DNA of 64,000 nucleotides. Origin: an uncultured Clostridia bacterium. GTDB taxonomy: Bacteria > Bacillota > Clostridia > Christensenellales > UBA1242. The first letter of the stretch is position 1. Each line of letters opens with the position of its first letter. The notes under the pieces are model-generated. The model worked only from the letters and a program-made list of their open reading frames with translations. It was not told the DNA's origin and ran no database searches. The stretch lies in contig CALVYQ010000003.1 in NCBI GenBank assembly GCA_944372335.1, forward strand, positions 1,410 through 65,409, written 5' to 3'. The translations under genes were made by a program, and so were the position numbers. Shown here piece after piece: positions 49,963-62,236 of this stretch.

Positions 49963-50502
49963 TTATAATTTTATAAACTCTTTAAAATTTTCTAATAAAA
50001 CATTAAAATTTTTTTGATCTCTTATATCGCTATATTTTTGTAAATTTTTAATGTGATTTTTTATTTTTTCTTTATAAACCCCTGTTTGAGAATATAGCTC
50101 TACTTTTATCTTATTATTTTCCCCAAGTCGCATAATTTCATCTGCCAAATCATTTATTTTGATTTCTCGAATAACCTTTGTTGGATTTAGGCTGACAATT
50201 TCATCCCACATATTTGTTTGTCCTTCCAAAAAACCACTATCTTCAAGTTCATATAAAGAACAATTTTTGCCTTTAAAAGTTTTTTGAAAAATATTAGGGT
50301 AAGTTTCACTAAAAGTTAATTCTCCTATCTCGTAATTGCGTTTATATATAAAATCCCAATCTGTCCAAAGCTCTCCACCAAATAACAATGCCGTTTCTAA
50401 ATGGTATGACGCATAGACATATGCCTTATTATGAGAGCAAATATGTGGTTCAATTATAGATAAGCCATGAGTTTTTGATACATGGTATATTTTTCTACTC
50501 AT
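49963..50502 (-). CDS. hypothetical protein (179 aa)
   Basis: The ORF-track N-terminal extension to 50670 merely translates tRNA-Ser. The real start is ATG 50502, after an AGGAG RBS. Confidence 0.6.
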   Translation of the reverse strand: MSRKIYHVSKTHGLSIIEPHICSHNKAYVYASYHLETALLFGGELWTDWDFIYKRNYEIGELTFSETYPNIFQKTFKGKNCSLYELEDSGFLEGQTNMWDEIVSLNPTKVIREIKINDLADEIMRLGENNKIKVELYSQTGVYKEKIKNHIKNLQKYSDIRDQKNFNVLLENFKEFIKL

Positions 50503-50557
50503 ATCACTCCTTTTAACAAAAATGTACCAAATGTCTTTTGGTACATTAAAATAACTT

Positions 50558-50649
50558 TGGCGGAGAGGGAGGGATTTGAACCCTCGGTTCAGGATTAGCT
50601 GAACAACAGATTTCGAGTCTGTCACTTTCGACCACTCAGACACCTCTCC
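50558..50649 (-). tRNA. tRNA-Ser (anticodon CGA)
   Basis: Reverse complement is GGAGAGGTGTCTGAGTGGTCGAAAG..ACAGACTCGAAATCTGT..long variable arm..GGTTCAAATCCCTCCCTCTCCGCCA. Confidence 0.93.
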
Positions 50650-50658
50650 ATCTTTTTG

Positions 50659-50687
50659 ATTATAATACATTTTCCCTAGTTTTTCAA
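50659..50687 (-). promoter_or_regulatory. sigma-A type promoter of tRNA-Ser
   Basis: Minus strand reads TTGAAA-17 nt-TATAAT, 9 nt before the tRNA 5' end. Confidence 0.7.
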
Positions 50688-50853
50688 GTGTTTTTATGTA
50701 TTTTCAAAAAGAGTATAAAAAAGTTTGTACATTAATATGCACACTAAGCTATTAAGTTTGAATCGGCGTTTAATGATTTGATTTTTTATCTATGGTTAAA
50801 ATTTTGCTATAAAAAATGTTTTCAAATAACAAATAAATTATTCGTTATTTGAA

Positions 50854-51231
50854 TTAAGCGGTTGGTATATCAACCAAATTCATATTATAAGCAGTTGCTA
50901 AAATTCTGATAAATCTACCTGAACTTGGTCTTTTATTTTCGTCTATAATTTGAGTGTTAAATAGTTTATTAACCTCTTGTAACCCTCTATGTACATACGC
51001 TTTTTCGATAGCACTTCTTATGCTTCTTTCAACGCAATAAGCCTTCGTGTTATACTTTTCGGCTACCCGCCCATACAAGCCATCGCATAATTTCTTAGCA
51101 AGTTCAGCATCTTTTATAGCTAGTTCTACAGCACTTACAAGATAATCAAATCCGTCTAAATCAACTCTAATACCGATTTTAATCAATAAACGCCTAATGG
51201 ATAATTGAAGATTGGTCAATTTTTCCGCCAT
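50854..51231 (-). CDS. orphan Spo0A C-terminal (DNA-binding) domain protein, no receiver domain
   Basis: 125 aa: KIGIRVDLDGFDYLVSAVELAIKD ... LYGRVAEKYNTKAYCVERSIRSAIEKAYVHRG ... NKLF ... RPSSGRFIRILA. It aligns along the Spo0A effector domain. Confidence 0.85.
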   Translation of the reverse strand: MAEKLTNLQLSIRRLLIKIGIRVDLDGFDYLVSAVELAIKDAELAKKLCDGLYGRVAEKYNTKAYCVERSIRSAIEKAYVHRGLQEVNKLFNTQIIDENKRPSSGRFIRILATAYNMNLVDIPTA

Positions 51232-51426
51232 ACATTCTCCTTCATGTAAAAATTAAGTAGCAAGATACTACCACTTGTATTATAGCATAGTAACAATAAA
51301 ATTCCAAATAATTTTAATAAAAGATGCAATATTTTACAAAACATTTATTATTGAAAAAGACGGGATTGATAAAATTAGCATAAAAATTGTTTCATAATCT
51401 TTTTAAGAAAAAAACAAATTGATATT

Positions 51427-51975
51427 TTAGATTATTTTATAGTAGTTTCGTTTATAATTATAATATTTTTTTGCCTGTTCGCATTTTTTTAGATAATTGC
51501 GTGTCTCATCAAATGGTATATTTTCAAGTTCACCATTTTCATCTAAATTTTCCTCGTCATTCAGCCATTTTTGCACATTGCCGGGCCCAGCGTTATATGC
51601 ACAAAGTGCTAGTTTTTCATCATTAAATTGCTCTGATAATAAAGAAAGATAGTATGTGCCGAGCATAATATTATCCTCAGGATTCTTCAAATCATAGTCG
51701 CCATACTTCAATTTTTTGGCTAGATATTCAGCTGTCGATGGTAAAAGCTGCATAAGCCCCTCCGCCCCTTTCATTGATATCGCCTCATGATTGTAGCCAC
51801 TTTCACATTTGATGACGCTTGCAATCAAAACAGGGTCAACATCAAAAGCTTCTGAAGCAACCGCAATCTCGTTTTCATATTTAAGAGGAAAAATGTAGCC
51901 ATAGACACAACTAATTCCAAACATAGCCAAAAATAGAAAAGAAAACGTCAAAAATAGTGCCATAACATATTTCAT
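51427..51975 (-). CDS. lytic transglycosylase (SLT domain), membrane-anchored
   Basis: N-terminal TM segment; VIKCESGYNHEAIS.KGAEGLMQLLPSTA and AYNAGPGNV. Confidence 0.85.
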   Translation of the reverse strand: MKYVMALFLTFSFLFLAMFGISCVYGYIFPLKYENEIAVASEAFDVDPVLIASVIKCESGYNHEAISMKGAEGLMQLLPSTAEYLAKKLKYGDYDLKNPEDNIMLGTYYLSLLSEQFNDEKLALCAYNAGPGNVQKWLNDEENLDENGELENIPFDETRNYLKKCEQAKKYYNYKRNYYKII

Positions 51976-52048
51976 AGAGTTATTTTATGAAAAATCAAGC
52001 TTAATATGTATTAGCAAAACAAAAATTGTCTTGCTAATTAGCTCCGCC

Positions 52049-52288
52049 TTAAAGACCGAAATGCTCATTTAAACTATAGATACCTGAGAATGACATTTTA
52101 AGTCGAGCGTTTATAAGTTCACGTGCTTTAACAATATATTCGTTTGAAAATTTAACTGAGATACCACAGGCATGGCCAATACTAATAGGAGTATTAATTA
52201 TTGCACATGGTATGTTGTTTGCTTTCAATTGCCTAGCAAAACTCAGAGTAGCGGAGCGGGATTTAAACACTGCAATACAGTAATTCAT
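52049..52288 (-). CDS. DUF3343-like small protein (putative S/Se carrier-like)
   Basis: YCIAVFKSRSATLSFARQLKANNIPCAIINTP..GHACGISVKF pattern. Start at ATG 52288, after a GAGGT RBS. Confidence 0.55.
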   Translation of the reverse strand: MNYCIAVFKSRSATLSFARQLKANNIPCAIINTPISIGHACGISVKFSNEYIVKARELINARLKMSFSGIYSLNEHFGL

Positions 52289-52411
52289 ATTTACCTCTAT
52301 GCACAAAATTTCCCTATTAACATTATATTATTAATATAAAAAGATGTTGCATTAATTTATATAGCATATATAGAATAGATAAAATAAAAATTGATAGAAA
52401 GGAAAATAAAA

Positions 52412-53542
52412 ATGATTTATTTTGATAATTCAGCCTCCACTCTTATAAAGCCAAAACAAGTTCAAAAAGCCATGCTCGATGCACTTTCTTTTTTTACAGC
52501 AAATCCCGGCAGAAGTGGGCATCGTGAAGCCACCAAAACTGCAATGGAGATTGAAAAAGTACGTGATAAAGTTTCCTCTCATGTCAATGGCGATATAACC
52601 ATCTTCACCGGTGGTTGTACCCACGCTCTCAATCTTGCTATTCTAGGCTTTATAGAAAGCGGTCATGTTATTTGTACTGAAAATGAACACAATTCAGTTT
52701 TACGACCATTACAATTTTTACATGATAAAAAAGGAGTCGCCTTTGATATTGTTAAACAGGCTAAAAAAGGAGCATTGTTGTATGACGATATAGCCCCTTT
52801 TATAAGGCCTGACACAAAGCTTGTTATTGTCAATCATATTTCAAATGTCAATGGTGATGTTGCTGATATTGCTAATATTGGTAAAAAATTAAAAGAGAAA
52901 AATATTACATTTTTAGTTGACGGTGCACAAGGCGGAGGACATTTTAAATACAATATGAAAGAGATGAATATTGATATGTTAGCATTTGCTCCCCACAAAG
53001 GCTTTTACTCTCCTCAAGGCATAGGCTGTTTGGTCATCAACGGTGATATTAAACTTAATCCTATTCTTTTTGGCGGAACAGGCACAAACTCTTTAGAACT
53101 TTATCAACCGGAAACTTTGCCAGAAAGATTGGAAAGCGGAACTCTCAACACCCCTAATATCCTCGCTTTTGGTGCTGGCATAGATTTTGTTGAAGAGAAC
53201 TTCACTCAAATAACGGAAAAGATGGACGATTTGACCACCTTTTTACATTATGAACTTTCCAAACTGCCTGTCCAAATTTACACATCGACAGAAAATACAA
53301 ACGGTGTCTTCGCTTTTAATATCGAAAATTTTAACTCAACAGAATTAGCCACGTTGCTTAATGATAAATACGGCATCTGCGTGCGTGGAGGCTACCACTG
53401 TGCCCCTAAAAAACATGAAGCCCTTGGAACAATAGAAAATGGGCTTGTAAGAATTTCTTTTTCCTATTTTAACACCTTGCAAGAAGTGGAAAAATTAATT
53501 TTTGCCATAAAACATATTTTATTAAAAAATAAAAATTTATAA
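52412..53542 (+). CDS. class V aminotransferase / cysteine desulfurase-like
   Basis: MIYFDNSAST N-terminus, NHISNVNG, and the PLP-lysine context FAPHKGFYSPQGIG. Confidence 0.85.
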   Translation: MIYFDNSASTLIKPKQVQKAMLDALSFFTANPGRSGHREATKTAMEIEKVRDKVSSHVNGDITIFTGGCTHALNLAILGFIESGHVICTENEHNSVLRPLQFLHDKKGVAFDIVKQAKKGALLYDDIAPFIRPDTKLVIVNHISNVNGDVADIANIGKKLKEKNITFLVDGAQGGGHFKYNMKEMNIDMLAFAPHKGFYSPQGIGCLVINGDIKLNPILFGGTGTNSLELYQPETLPERLESGTLNTPNILAFGAGIDFVEENFTQITEKMDDLTTFLHYELSKLPVQIYTSTENTNGVFAFNIENFNSTELATLLNDKYGICVRGGYHCAPKKHEALGTIENGLVRISFSYFNTLQEVEKLIFAIKHILLKNKNL

Positions 53543-53652
53543 ATTATAACAAAAATAATAAAAATTTTAATTAAAAAATTGATTTTTTTTATTTTTTATA
53601 TATTTTTATATGTTTTTTAATTTATATAAAATCTATTTTTATTTAATTAAAT

Positions 53653-53681
53653 AAAAAATAAGGAATAATCCTTATTTTTTT
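53653..53681. terminator. bidirectional terminator between convergent genes
   Basis: aaataagga-ataa-tccttattt, flanked by A-runs and T-runs. Confidence 0.7.
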
Positions 53682-53688
53682 GTAAATT

Positions 53689-54390
53689 TTATTTTTTATA
53701 TACTAATCGTTTGCAATGTTCACAGGTTATTACGCCAACATCTTTAATTCTAGAAATTGCCACCATAGGAAGCTCCATTCTACATCTTCCACAAAAATTT
53801 GTTCCTTCAAGAGGAACAACAACAGGAAAGATATTATCATTTCTACGTTTTTTGTATTCTGCCAAAAGATTCTTTTCCACACTTTTTGAAAGTTCTTCTA
53901 GTTCCTTTGCCAACCTTTCCTTTTCAGGTTCTAGTGTCTTTGTTTCCTCGTCAATCTTATTTTTACATTCGATAAACTGCACCCTAGCTTCATCATACAT
54001 CTTTTTCGTCTTATTGAAATCCATCAATATTCTGTTGACGAGCTCTGCGTGTTTTTGGAGATGTTTCTCTAAGTAATTTAAGTTGCTTAGAATTTTTGCT
54101 TTTAAAGAAGTAATCTTGTCTAAATCTTCCATTGTCAGTTTATCCAAATCTCTATTTAACAGATTTTGCAAACTCTTTTTATTCTCTTCAAACTTTACTT
54201 TTACATCTTCAATCTCTTTGAGAACCTTACTCGCTTCAGCTTCCAACTCATTTGATTTCACCTGTGCATTCTTGGCAATCTTAGATAACTCGCCCGCACG
54301 CTTTCTTGCTGGACTTTTTGTCAGCCTCTGTTCAACATTGTAGAGCTTTTCATCAAGTTCCTGATATTTTAATAAATTTGTTAAATCCAT
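53689..54390 (-). CDS. coiled-coil protein with C-terminal zinc ribbon (COG1579-like)
   Basis: Long heptad region, then CGRC...CEHC. Confidence 0.7.
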   Translation of the reverse strand: MDLTNLLKYQELDEKLYNVEQRLTKSPARKRAGELSKIAKNAQVKSNELEAEASKVLKEIEDVKVKFEENKKSLQNLLNRDLDKLTMEDLDKITSLKAKILSNLNYLEKHLQKHAELVNRILMDFNKTKKMYDEARVQFIECKNKIDEETKTLEPEKERLAKELEELSKSVEKNLLAEYKKRRNDNIFPVVVPLEGTNFCGRCRMELPMVAISRIKDVGVITCEHCKRLVYKK

Positions 54391-54398
54391 ATCTCCTC

Positions 54399-55469
54399 CT
54401 ATTCCACAAAATCTGCAAGACGCTTGCTTCTATTTGGGTGTTTAAGTTTTCTAAGTGCCTTTGCTTCAATCTGACGAATTCTCTCCCTTGTGACAGAAAA
54501 CTCTTTTCCCACTTCTTCCAACGTCTTCTGTTTGCCGTCCATAAGCCCATAACGCTGACGGATAACCTCTTGCTCACGTGGGGTCAGAGTGTCGATAACA
54601 GCAAGTAACTGCTCTCTTAAAAGGCTTTGAGATGCACTTTCCATTGGAGATTGAGAGGTTTCGTCTTCAATAATATCTGCCATTTTTCCATCGTCCTCTT
54701 CTCCCATTGGAGTCTCAAGAGAGATTGGATCTTGTGAAGTGCGTTTGATTTCCAAAACTTTTGCCACACTTAGCCCCATTTCTGCTGCTATCTCTTCTAT
54801 TGTCGGTTCTCTTCCAAACTTTTGCATTAACATTCTTGTAACTTTCACATATTTATTTATTGTTTCCACCATGTGAACAGGAATTCTGATCGTTCTCGAC
54901 TGGTCAGCCATTGCACGTGTGATTGCCTGCCTAATCCACCAAGTGGCATACGTTGAAAATTTAAAGCCCTTTGTATAGTCAAATTTTTCAACTGCCTTTA
55001 AAAGTCCTAGGTTTCCCTCTTGGATTAAATCAAGAAAAGACATGGAAGTTTTCCCGACATACCTTTTAGCCACGCTGACAACAAGTCGCAAGTTAGATTC
55101 GCAAAGCATACTTTTAGCATACTCATCACCCTGCATAGCCCTTTGTGCATATTCTTTTTCCTCTTCCATAGATAGAAGTGGAACTTTTCCGATATCTTTA
55201 AGATACATTTTGACAGGGTCATCTACATTTGGAAACATTGTGATATCTGCAAAATTGTCCTTTAATAGATCCTCATCATTTGACTTGATGACTTTGATAC
55301 CCTTTTTCTCCAAGCTCTGTAAAAATTTTTCAATGTTTTGTGCATTTTCTCCCACTTTTAACATAGAAAAATAGACATCGTCCGCATTTATTGAGCCCTT
55401 TTTCATAGCAAGTGCTAAAAGTTTATCATACACTATCTTTGCTTTTTCTTCTGCTCTTTCATCTAACAT
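54399..55469 (-). CDS. rpoD: RNA polymerase primary sigma factor
   Basis: [55 protein letters not shown]. Start at ATG 55469 after a GGAGG RBS; the ORF-track start at 55538 lies inside dnaG. Confidence 0.95.
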   Translation of the reverse strand: MLDERAEEKAKIVYDKLLALAMKKGSINADDVYFSMLKVGENAQNIEKFLQSLEKKGIKVIKSNDEDLLKDNFADITMFPNVDDPVKMYLKDIGKVPLLSMEEEKEYAQRAMQGDEYAKSMLCESNLRLVVSVAKRYVGKTSMSFLDLIQEGNLGLLKAVEKFDYTKGFKFSTYATWWIRQAITRAMADQSRTIRIPVHMVETINKYVKVTRMLMQKFGREPTIEEIAAEMGLSVAKVLEIKRTSQDPISLETPMGEEDDGKMADIIEDETSQSPMESASQSLLREQLLAVIDTLTPREQEVIRQRYGLMDGKQKTLEEVGKEFSVTRERIRQIEAKALRKLKHPNRSKRLADFVE

Positions 55470-57216
55470 AAAAAACCTCCATATTTTTGTTTTGTAAATC
55501 TCTTGCAATTCTTCCCAATTCTTTTGCAATTTTTGCACGCTCAGTTAAATCTTCGCAATTTTTGTATTCAGCGTTTAATTTTGCCTGCTGTTTTTTTAAT
55601 TTTTCCTCAGCTATTATCCAAAGACACTCATTAAAATACTTTGCTTCCACATTTTCGTAAAGATTAAAGTTATAATTTATCATATTTAATAACAGCTTGT
55701 CCTCACTTGTGCCATCTAAATCATATAATGAAGAGAGAGGCATATTTAGTTCTATTAGCTTTAAATATCGCTCGTAACCATCTAAAAGTTTATAGTAATC
55801 AATTTGATTATTGACAAAATCTTTGTGATGTAACAAGGAAGACAAAATAAATTCCACCGCCTTAACATTTCCACTTTCTGATTTTGACTCTTCTGTCTTT
55901 TCTTTTTTTGTTTCTTCAACTACAATCTTGCCACCTAAATCCCGTCTTAAAACTTCAAGCGGAATATTTGTCAAGTCTCGCACTATGTCAAGATAAGGCT
56001 CTCGCTCGATGTCAAGTTCAAACTTCTTGATTTCCGCTAGTATTGCCTTTACAAACTTCCCTTTTTCTTCCGGCTTATTTAAATCATATTGCTTTTTATA
56101 ATATGAAATCAAGAAGTTCATGTAAGGCTCGGCATTATCAATCATCTTTTCAAGTTCTTCTCGTCCAAGATTGTTCAGCACTTCATCGGCGTCCTTTCCT
56201 CCGTGTAAGGTAGCAACTTTCAAATCTACGCCCTCTCCTCTAAAAAGTTCGATAGCTCTAAGAGTCGCCTTTTCTCCCGCACCATCATTATCAAAACATA
56301 AGACAATATTTTTAGAATAACGCTTTAGTTCCTGAATATGATCCTTGGTGAGAGCTGTGCCCATACACGCAACGGTGTTTTTAAAGCCTCCCTTATGCAT
56401 AGCTATAACGTCCATCTGACCTTCCACCAATATGATCTTGTTTAGTCCCTCTTGCTGTTTAAGTCTCTTTAATAGATTTATGCCAAACACCACTTTGCCC
56501 TTTTGAAATACCGGAGTTTCTGCTGTGTTTTTATACTTTGCAAAATCCGTTTTTTGAAGAGCTCTTGCACTAAAGCCAATACATTCGTTAAATGCGTTAA
56601 AGATAGGAAAGACTAACCTGCCAGCTAAAACATCAAAAACTCTATCGTTCTTTTTTCCACAAATTCCCGCCGTTATAAGTTCATCATCGGTAAAGCCTTT
56701 TTGATGAAGATAGTCAACAATATCCGTCCAATCTTTACTGTAACCAATCTTAAAGTCAATAAGTTCACGCCTTGTAAATTTTCGCATTTTTATGTATTGT
56801 TGTGCTTCTAAGGCGTCTTTACTATACAAATTTTCTTCATAGTGCTTTTCGGCAAAATCTAAAGCACTTAAAAGTCTTTCTTTAAGTTTTTGCTTCTTAC
56901 CAGCTTCTTCACTTGAAACAAGTTCCGGAATTTGCATACCTGCCTTGTCCGCCAAAAGTTTTACCGCATCATAGAAGTCGATATTCTCCATTTTTTCCAC
57001 AAACTTGATGACATCTCCGCTCTCTTTACAGCCGAAACAATAATAAACTCCGTCCTCTGCATTTATTGAAAAAGAGGGCGTCTTCTCATTGTGAAAAGGA
57101 CAACACGCCCAAAAACGCCTACCTTTTTGTTCTAGGCGTAAATAATTAGACGCAATGCTGACCAAATCACTTTTTCTTTTTAGCTCTTGTAACCAATCAA
57201 CAGAAAAAAACTGCAA
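55459..57216 (-). CDS. dnaG: DNA primase
   Basis: Zinc finger [15 protein letters not shown], and Toprim EGQMDV and [14 protein letters not shown] start after a GGAG RBS. It overlaps the rpoD start by 11 nt. Confidence 0.93.
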   Translation of the reverse strand: MQFFSVDWLQELKRKSDLVSIASNYLRLEQKGRRFWACCPFHNEKTPSFSINAEDGVYYCFGCKESGDVIKFVEKMENIDFYDAVKLLADKAGMQIPELVSSEEAGKKQKLKERLLSALDFAEKHYEENLYSKDALEAQQYIKMRKFTRRELIDFKIGYSKDWTDIVDYLHQKGFTDDELITAGICGKKNDRVFDVLAGRLVFPIFNAFNECIGFSARALQKTDFAKYKNTAETPVFQKGKVVFGINLLKRLKQQEGLNKIILVEGQMDVIAMHKGGFKNTVACMGTALTKDHIQELKRYSKNIVLCFDNDGAGEKATLRAIELFRGEGVDLKVATLHGGKDADEVLNNLGREELEKMIDNAEPYMNFLISYYKKQYDLNKPEEKGKFVKAILAEIKKFELDIEREPYLDIVRDLTNIPLEVLRRDLGGKIVVEETKKEKTEESKSESGNVKAVEFILSSLLHHKDFVNNQIDYYKLLDGYERYLKLIELNMPLSSLYDLDGTSEDKLLLNMINYNFNLYENVEAKYFNECLWIIAEEKLKKQQAKLNAEYKNCEDLTERAKIAKELGRIARDLQNKNMEVFYVR

Positions 57217-57284
57217 TACTATCTCCTAAAAAATCCACTTTACCCCTATTATACCACAAAGAAAAGAAAATTCCTTTATTTTTT

Positions 57285-57311
57285 AAAAAAATGTCCGAAA
57301 ATATGGGACAT
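57285..57311 (-). terminator. terminator separating the 536-aa gene from dnaG
   Basis: Minus strand: atgtcc-9 nt-ggacat followed by tttttt. Confidence 0.55.
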
Positions 57312-57372
57312 TTTGTTTTGTTTTTATAATTGTTGTACACATTTTAAGCCATTTATAGCTAAATTTCGACAC

Positions 57373-58983
57373 TTATAATGAAGCAGATGGCCTAATATAG
57401 CTTTTAGAAAGAGGTACATAATCATTTACGAGTGCATCAAAGACAGTCTTTGCACAAACAGGAAGTTCTGGCAAGTCATTCTCTTTAATATATTTCACTG
57501 TGTCAGTGGCACATTTATATATATCCTGCTCATTTAAGGTGCGACCCGTCTGTATATTCTTAATACTGCACGCTTCCTTTCGTGCGATGAAAGTCAAGAT
57601 ATTACGCTCACTTATTCCGTCCAGCCTTTCATAGTTTTCAACATAGCTGTTACCGCCCATCCAAGACCAACTGAAATTTGCTGAAAGAAGATATCTTACA
57701 CTCTCTATCTCATTTGATAGATAGGTTAGAGTCTCTAAACTATCACTTTCGGCTTTCGTCAAAGGCACTTTCTTTTCCTTAGCCTGAATCACCTTTTTGC
57801 GTCTATCTACCGCTTTAGAAAATTCTAAAACGCAATCATAGATATTTCGTGGGGCAATTTTGAAAATCTTAAAAAAATTAGTTTTGTGAGTATATTGCCT
57901 ACCATATTTATCAACCGACTGCTCAGTAAGTGCTTTTTTCGTCTCTAAAAGTTTGTTAAAGAAGTCCTTTAAAATTCTTTTATCTTCTTCTTGCAATCTG
58001 CCGTTATTTGCCTTCCTGCAGGCATCTAAAATGCTTTGATATTTTCCTCCAAGCTTACCTTCACGTGTTGATGTTGAGATGACCTTACTTAAAACCTGCT
58101 CGTTGTGAATGTATTTAGCTTTTTCGATATAATCTTTTATCTTACTCTTTGATTCTTCAGTCATACTCTCTTCGTAGGCACTCACAACCGCTTCAAGAAG
58201 TTGCCATTCACGCTCTACTACACCCTTTTCCACACTTCTCAAACTTGCTATGCTTGCACTATACTTTTTATAAAAATTTGCTACATATCTATCAACAAAT
58301 TGACAATATGATTTAATTAAATATTCTTGATATTCTGGCTTAACAATAGACTCTTCTTTTGAAACAAAGATATCTGAAATATTTGCGTCCTGCTCAAGAT
58401 GCTCATATCCGTTTTGTCTAAACCAACCTATAAGACTTACTCTCACTGACTTTTTAGGTGTAAGATTTGACAAATCAAGATAAGCATATCTAGGCAATCT
58501 CTCTTTAATTCTTGATACTATAATTTTCCCTAAAAAATTATCAAGCTCACCTTTTGTTTTTAAAGCCTCAAACTCCTCCGCTTCCTCTTCTTTAATAAGA
58601 TAACGCCCAATAAAGTCGGCAAAAATCTTTTGTGGCTTTTTGATTTTACTTTCAGAGACATTGACAAATTTTAGAGCCTCTTCCTCGTTTCTTTCAACAT
58701 ACGATTTAAAGATAGCGTAAGGAAGTGACTGCATATCTTGAATTTTTCCACGAAGTAGCATATCAAAAAACGCATCGAAGTTCTCTTCTACATCGTCCGA
58801 GAGTTTCATGCTGTCAGCATATTTATAATCTGCGTTTCTCTTTTTAAAATTCTCATATAAAAAATTTAAATCTTCAACGGTATATTGCATCACATCTTTT
58901 CTGTTTCTTAAACAATTTTTTTGGTCATCTTCACTAAAATATGATAAATCAAACTCTTTCATACACACCTCATTGATGCTCAT
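57373..58983 (-). CDS. hypothetical protein (about 530 aa)
   Basis: Uninterrupted ORF, predicted helical and charged. Start is ATG 58983 or, after a GAGGTG RBS, ATG 58962. Confidence 0.65.
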   Translation of the reverse strand: MSINEVCMKEFDLSYFSEDDQKNCLRNRKDVMQYTVEDLNFLYENFKKRNADYKYADSMKLSDDVEENFDAFFDMLLRGKIQDMQSLPYAIFKSYVERNEEEALKFVNVSESKIKKPQKIFADFIGRYLIKEEEAEEFEALKTKGELDNFLGKIIVSRIKERLPRYAYLDLSNLTPKKSVRVSLIGWFRQNGYEHLEQDANISDIFVSKEESIVKPEYQEYLIKSYCQFVDRYVANFYKKYSASIASLRSVEKGVVEREWQLLEAVVSAYEESMTEESKSKIKDYIEKAKYIHNEQVLSKVISTSTREGKLGGKYQSILDACRKANNGRLQEEDKRILKDFFNKLLETKKALTEQSVDKYGRQYTHKTNFFKIFKIAPRNIYDCVLEFSKAVDRRKKVIQAKEKKVPLTKAESDSLETLTYLSNEIESVRYLLSANFSWSWMGGNSYVENYERLDGISERNILTFIARKEACSIKNIQTGRTLNEQDIYKCATDTVKYIKENDLPELPVCAKTVFDALVNDYVPLSKSYIRPSASL

Positions 58984-59053
58984 AATTTTAACATAAAGCT
59001 TTTAATTTGTCAATATTCAATTTTTATCAAGTGCAAAGAAAAATTAATTGCAA

Positions 59054-59102
59054 TAAAAAAAGATAGCGAATATTAGCACACAGTTTAATATATTTGCTAT
59101 CT
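59054..59102 (-). terminator. rho-independent terminator of groEL
   Basis: 13-bp stem (one mismatch) agatagcaaatat/atattcgctatct with a 16-nt loop, then ttttttt. Confidence 0.7.
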
Positions 59103-59116
59103 TTTTTATAAAATTT

Positions 59117-61026
<1,910 letters not shown>

Positions 61027-61177
61027 AAATATCACTCTCCTTTTTATTAAATATCGGAAGTTTCAATTTTTTATAAGCATTTAAATTGCTTGCTTTCGAC
61101 AATATAAAGTATAGAATTTTGCCAATAAAAAGTAAAGTAATTATGCCAATAAAAAAGAAAATCTTGTCGATTTTAAA

Positions 61178-61753
61178 TTATTTTGTGCTTTCCTTTTGGC
61201 GTTGTCTTGCGTAATCTCTAAAAATCTTTGGATAATTTTGCACACCCAAACTTGCCACCTCTCCTATACGTAATTTGAATTCATCAAACTGCTCATCTTT
61301 CCAACTTTGTGAAGCCTTTTCAACCTTTGCTACAACGGCGTCAAGTTTTATTTTAAAATATGATGACAAACTCAAAAATCTTTCATTGTCAGTGAAACTT
61401 TTATCGTTTACAATAGCCAAATAAACATTATGTTTTAAATCAATTTCCTCAAAAGGCAGTTCATCTTCTCTTTTCATAAAATTAAAATAGCCAAGTTTAT
61501 CCATATATGTATTTAAGTCACCATTTAGGCTGTTTAAATATTTTAATGCCACCTTTTTTATCCTGCAAGCCTCTTCTTTTGTGGATATAGAATATTTGTT
61601 TTCAAACCATTTAGAAAAATCATCTTTTTCTAATGCTGACAGCACAGCAATAAGTTGCAAATTTAAAATATGTAGTTGCATCACGCTATCCCGTGCAGAA
61701 TCAAACGCTTCAATGCTTCCAACACAGATATTTTTATATGAACCTTTTAACAT
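61178..61753 (-). CDS. hypothetical protein (191 aa)
   Basis: ATG 61753 follows a GAGGTG RBS. No motif recognised. Confidence 0.55.
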   Translation of the reverse strand: MLKGSYKNICVGSIEAFDSARDSVMQLHILNLQLIAVLSALEKDDFSKWFENKYSISTKEEACRIKKVALKYLNSLNGDLNTYMDKLGYFNFMKREDELPFEEIDLKHNVYLAIVNDKSFTDNERFLSLSSYFKIKLDAVVAKVEKASQSWKDEQFDEFKLRIGEVASLGVQNYPKIFRDYARQRQKESTK

Positions 61754-61828
61754 ATACACCTCTAAAAATATATATGCAAAATTCACTTTTATGTTTATTT
61801 AAGGCAATAAAAAACTAGCAATGCTAGT

Positions 61829-62167
61829 TTATAGAGTTCTTTTTATATCATCTTCAATTTTAGGCAAATTTTCATTTAAAAATAGAGAAAGAGCATCACA
61901 TTCGTCCATTCCATTTTCTTCAAGTTTTTTTATCTCAACTATTGCTCTATCAGATAGATAATATCTATCATCTCTTCTTTCAAAATTTACATTGCTACTC
62001 AATAGTCTTATTACATCTTTGCTGTCTGCATCTTCATCAATAAGCTTAATATCATCTAAGCCAACATTTATATCTTTTAAAACTGTTTCATCTCCTATTT
62101 CGCCAATGAAAGACCAATATTCATAACTAGACATCAAAGCTTCTTTTATGATATTTTCAATTGTCAC
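61829..62167 (-). CDS. hypothetical small acidic protein (112 aa)
   Basis: GTG start after a GGAG RBS. Asp/Glu-rich. Confidence 0.5.
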   Translation of the reverse strand: MTIENIIKEALMSSYEYWSFIGEIGDETVLKDINVGLDDIKLIDEDADSKDVIRLLSSNVNFERRDDRYYLSDRAIVEIKKLEENGMDECDALSLFLNENLPKIEDDIKRTL

Positions 62168-62236
62168 TTTTTTCTCCTTTCTCTATAAATATTACTAAAT
62201 TATATCAAGCTTTACTCAAATAATCCAAAAGCCTTC

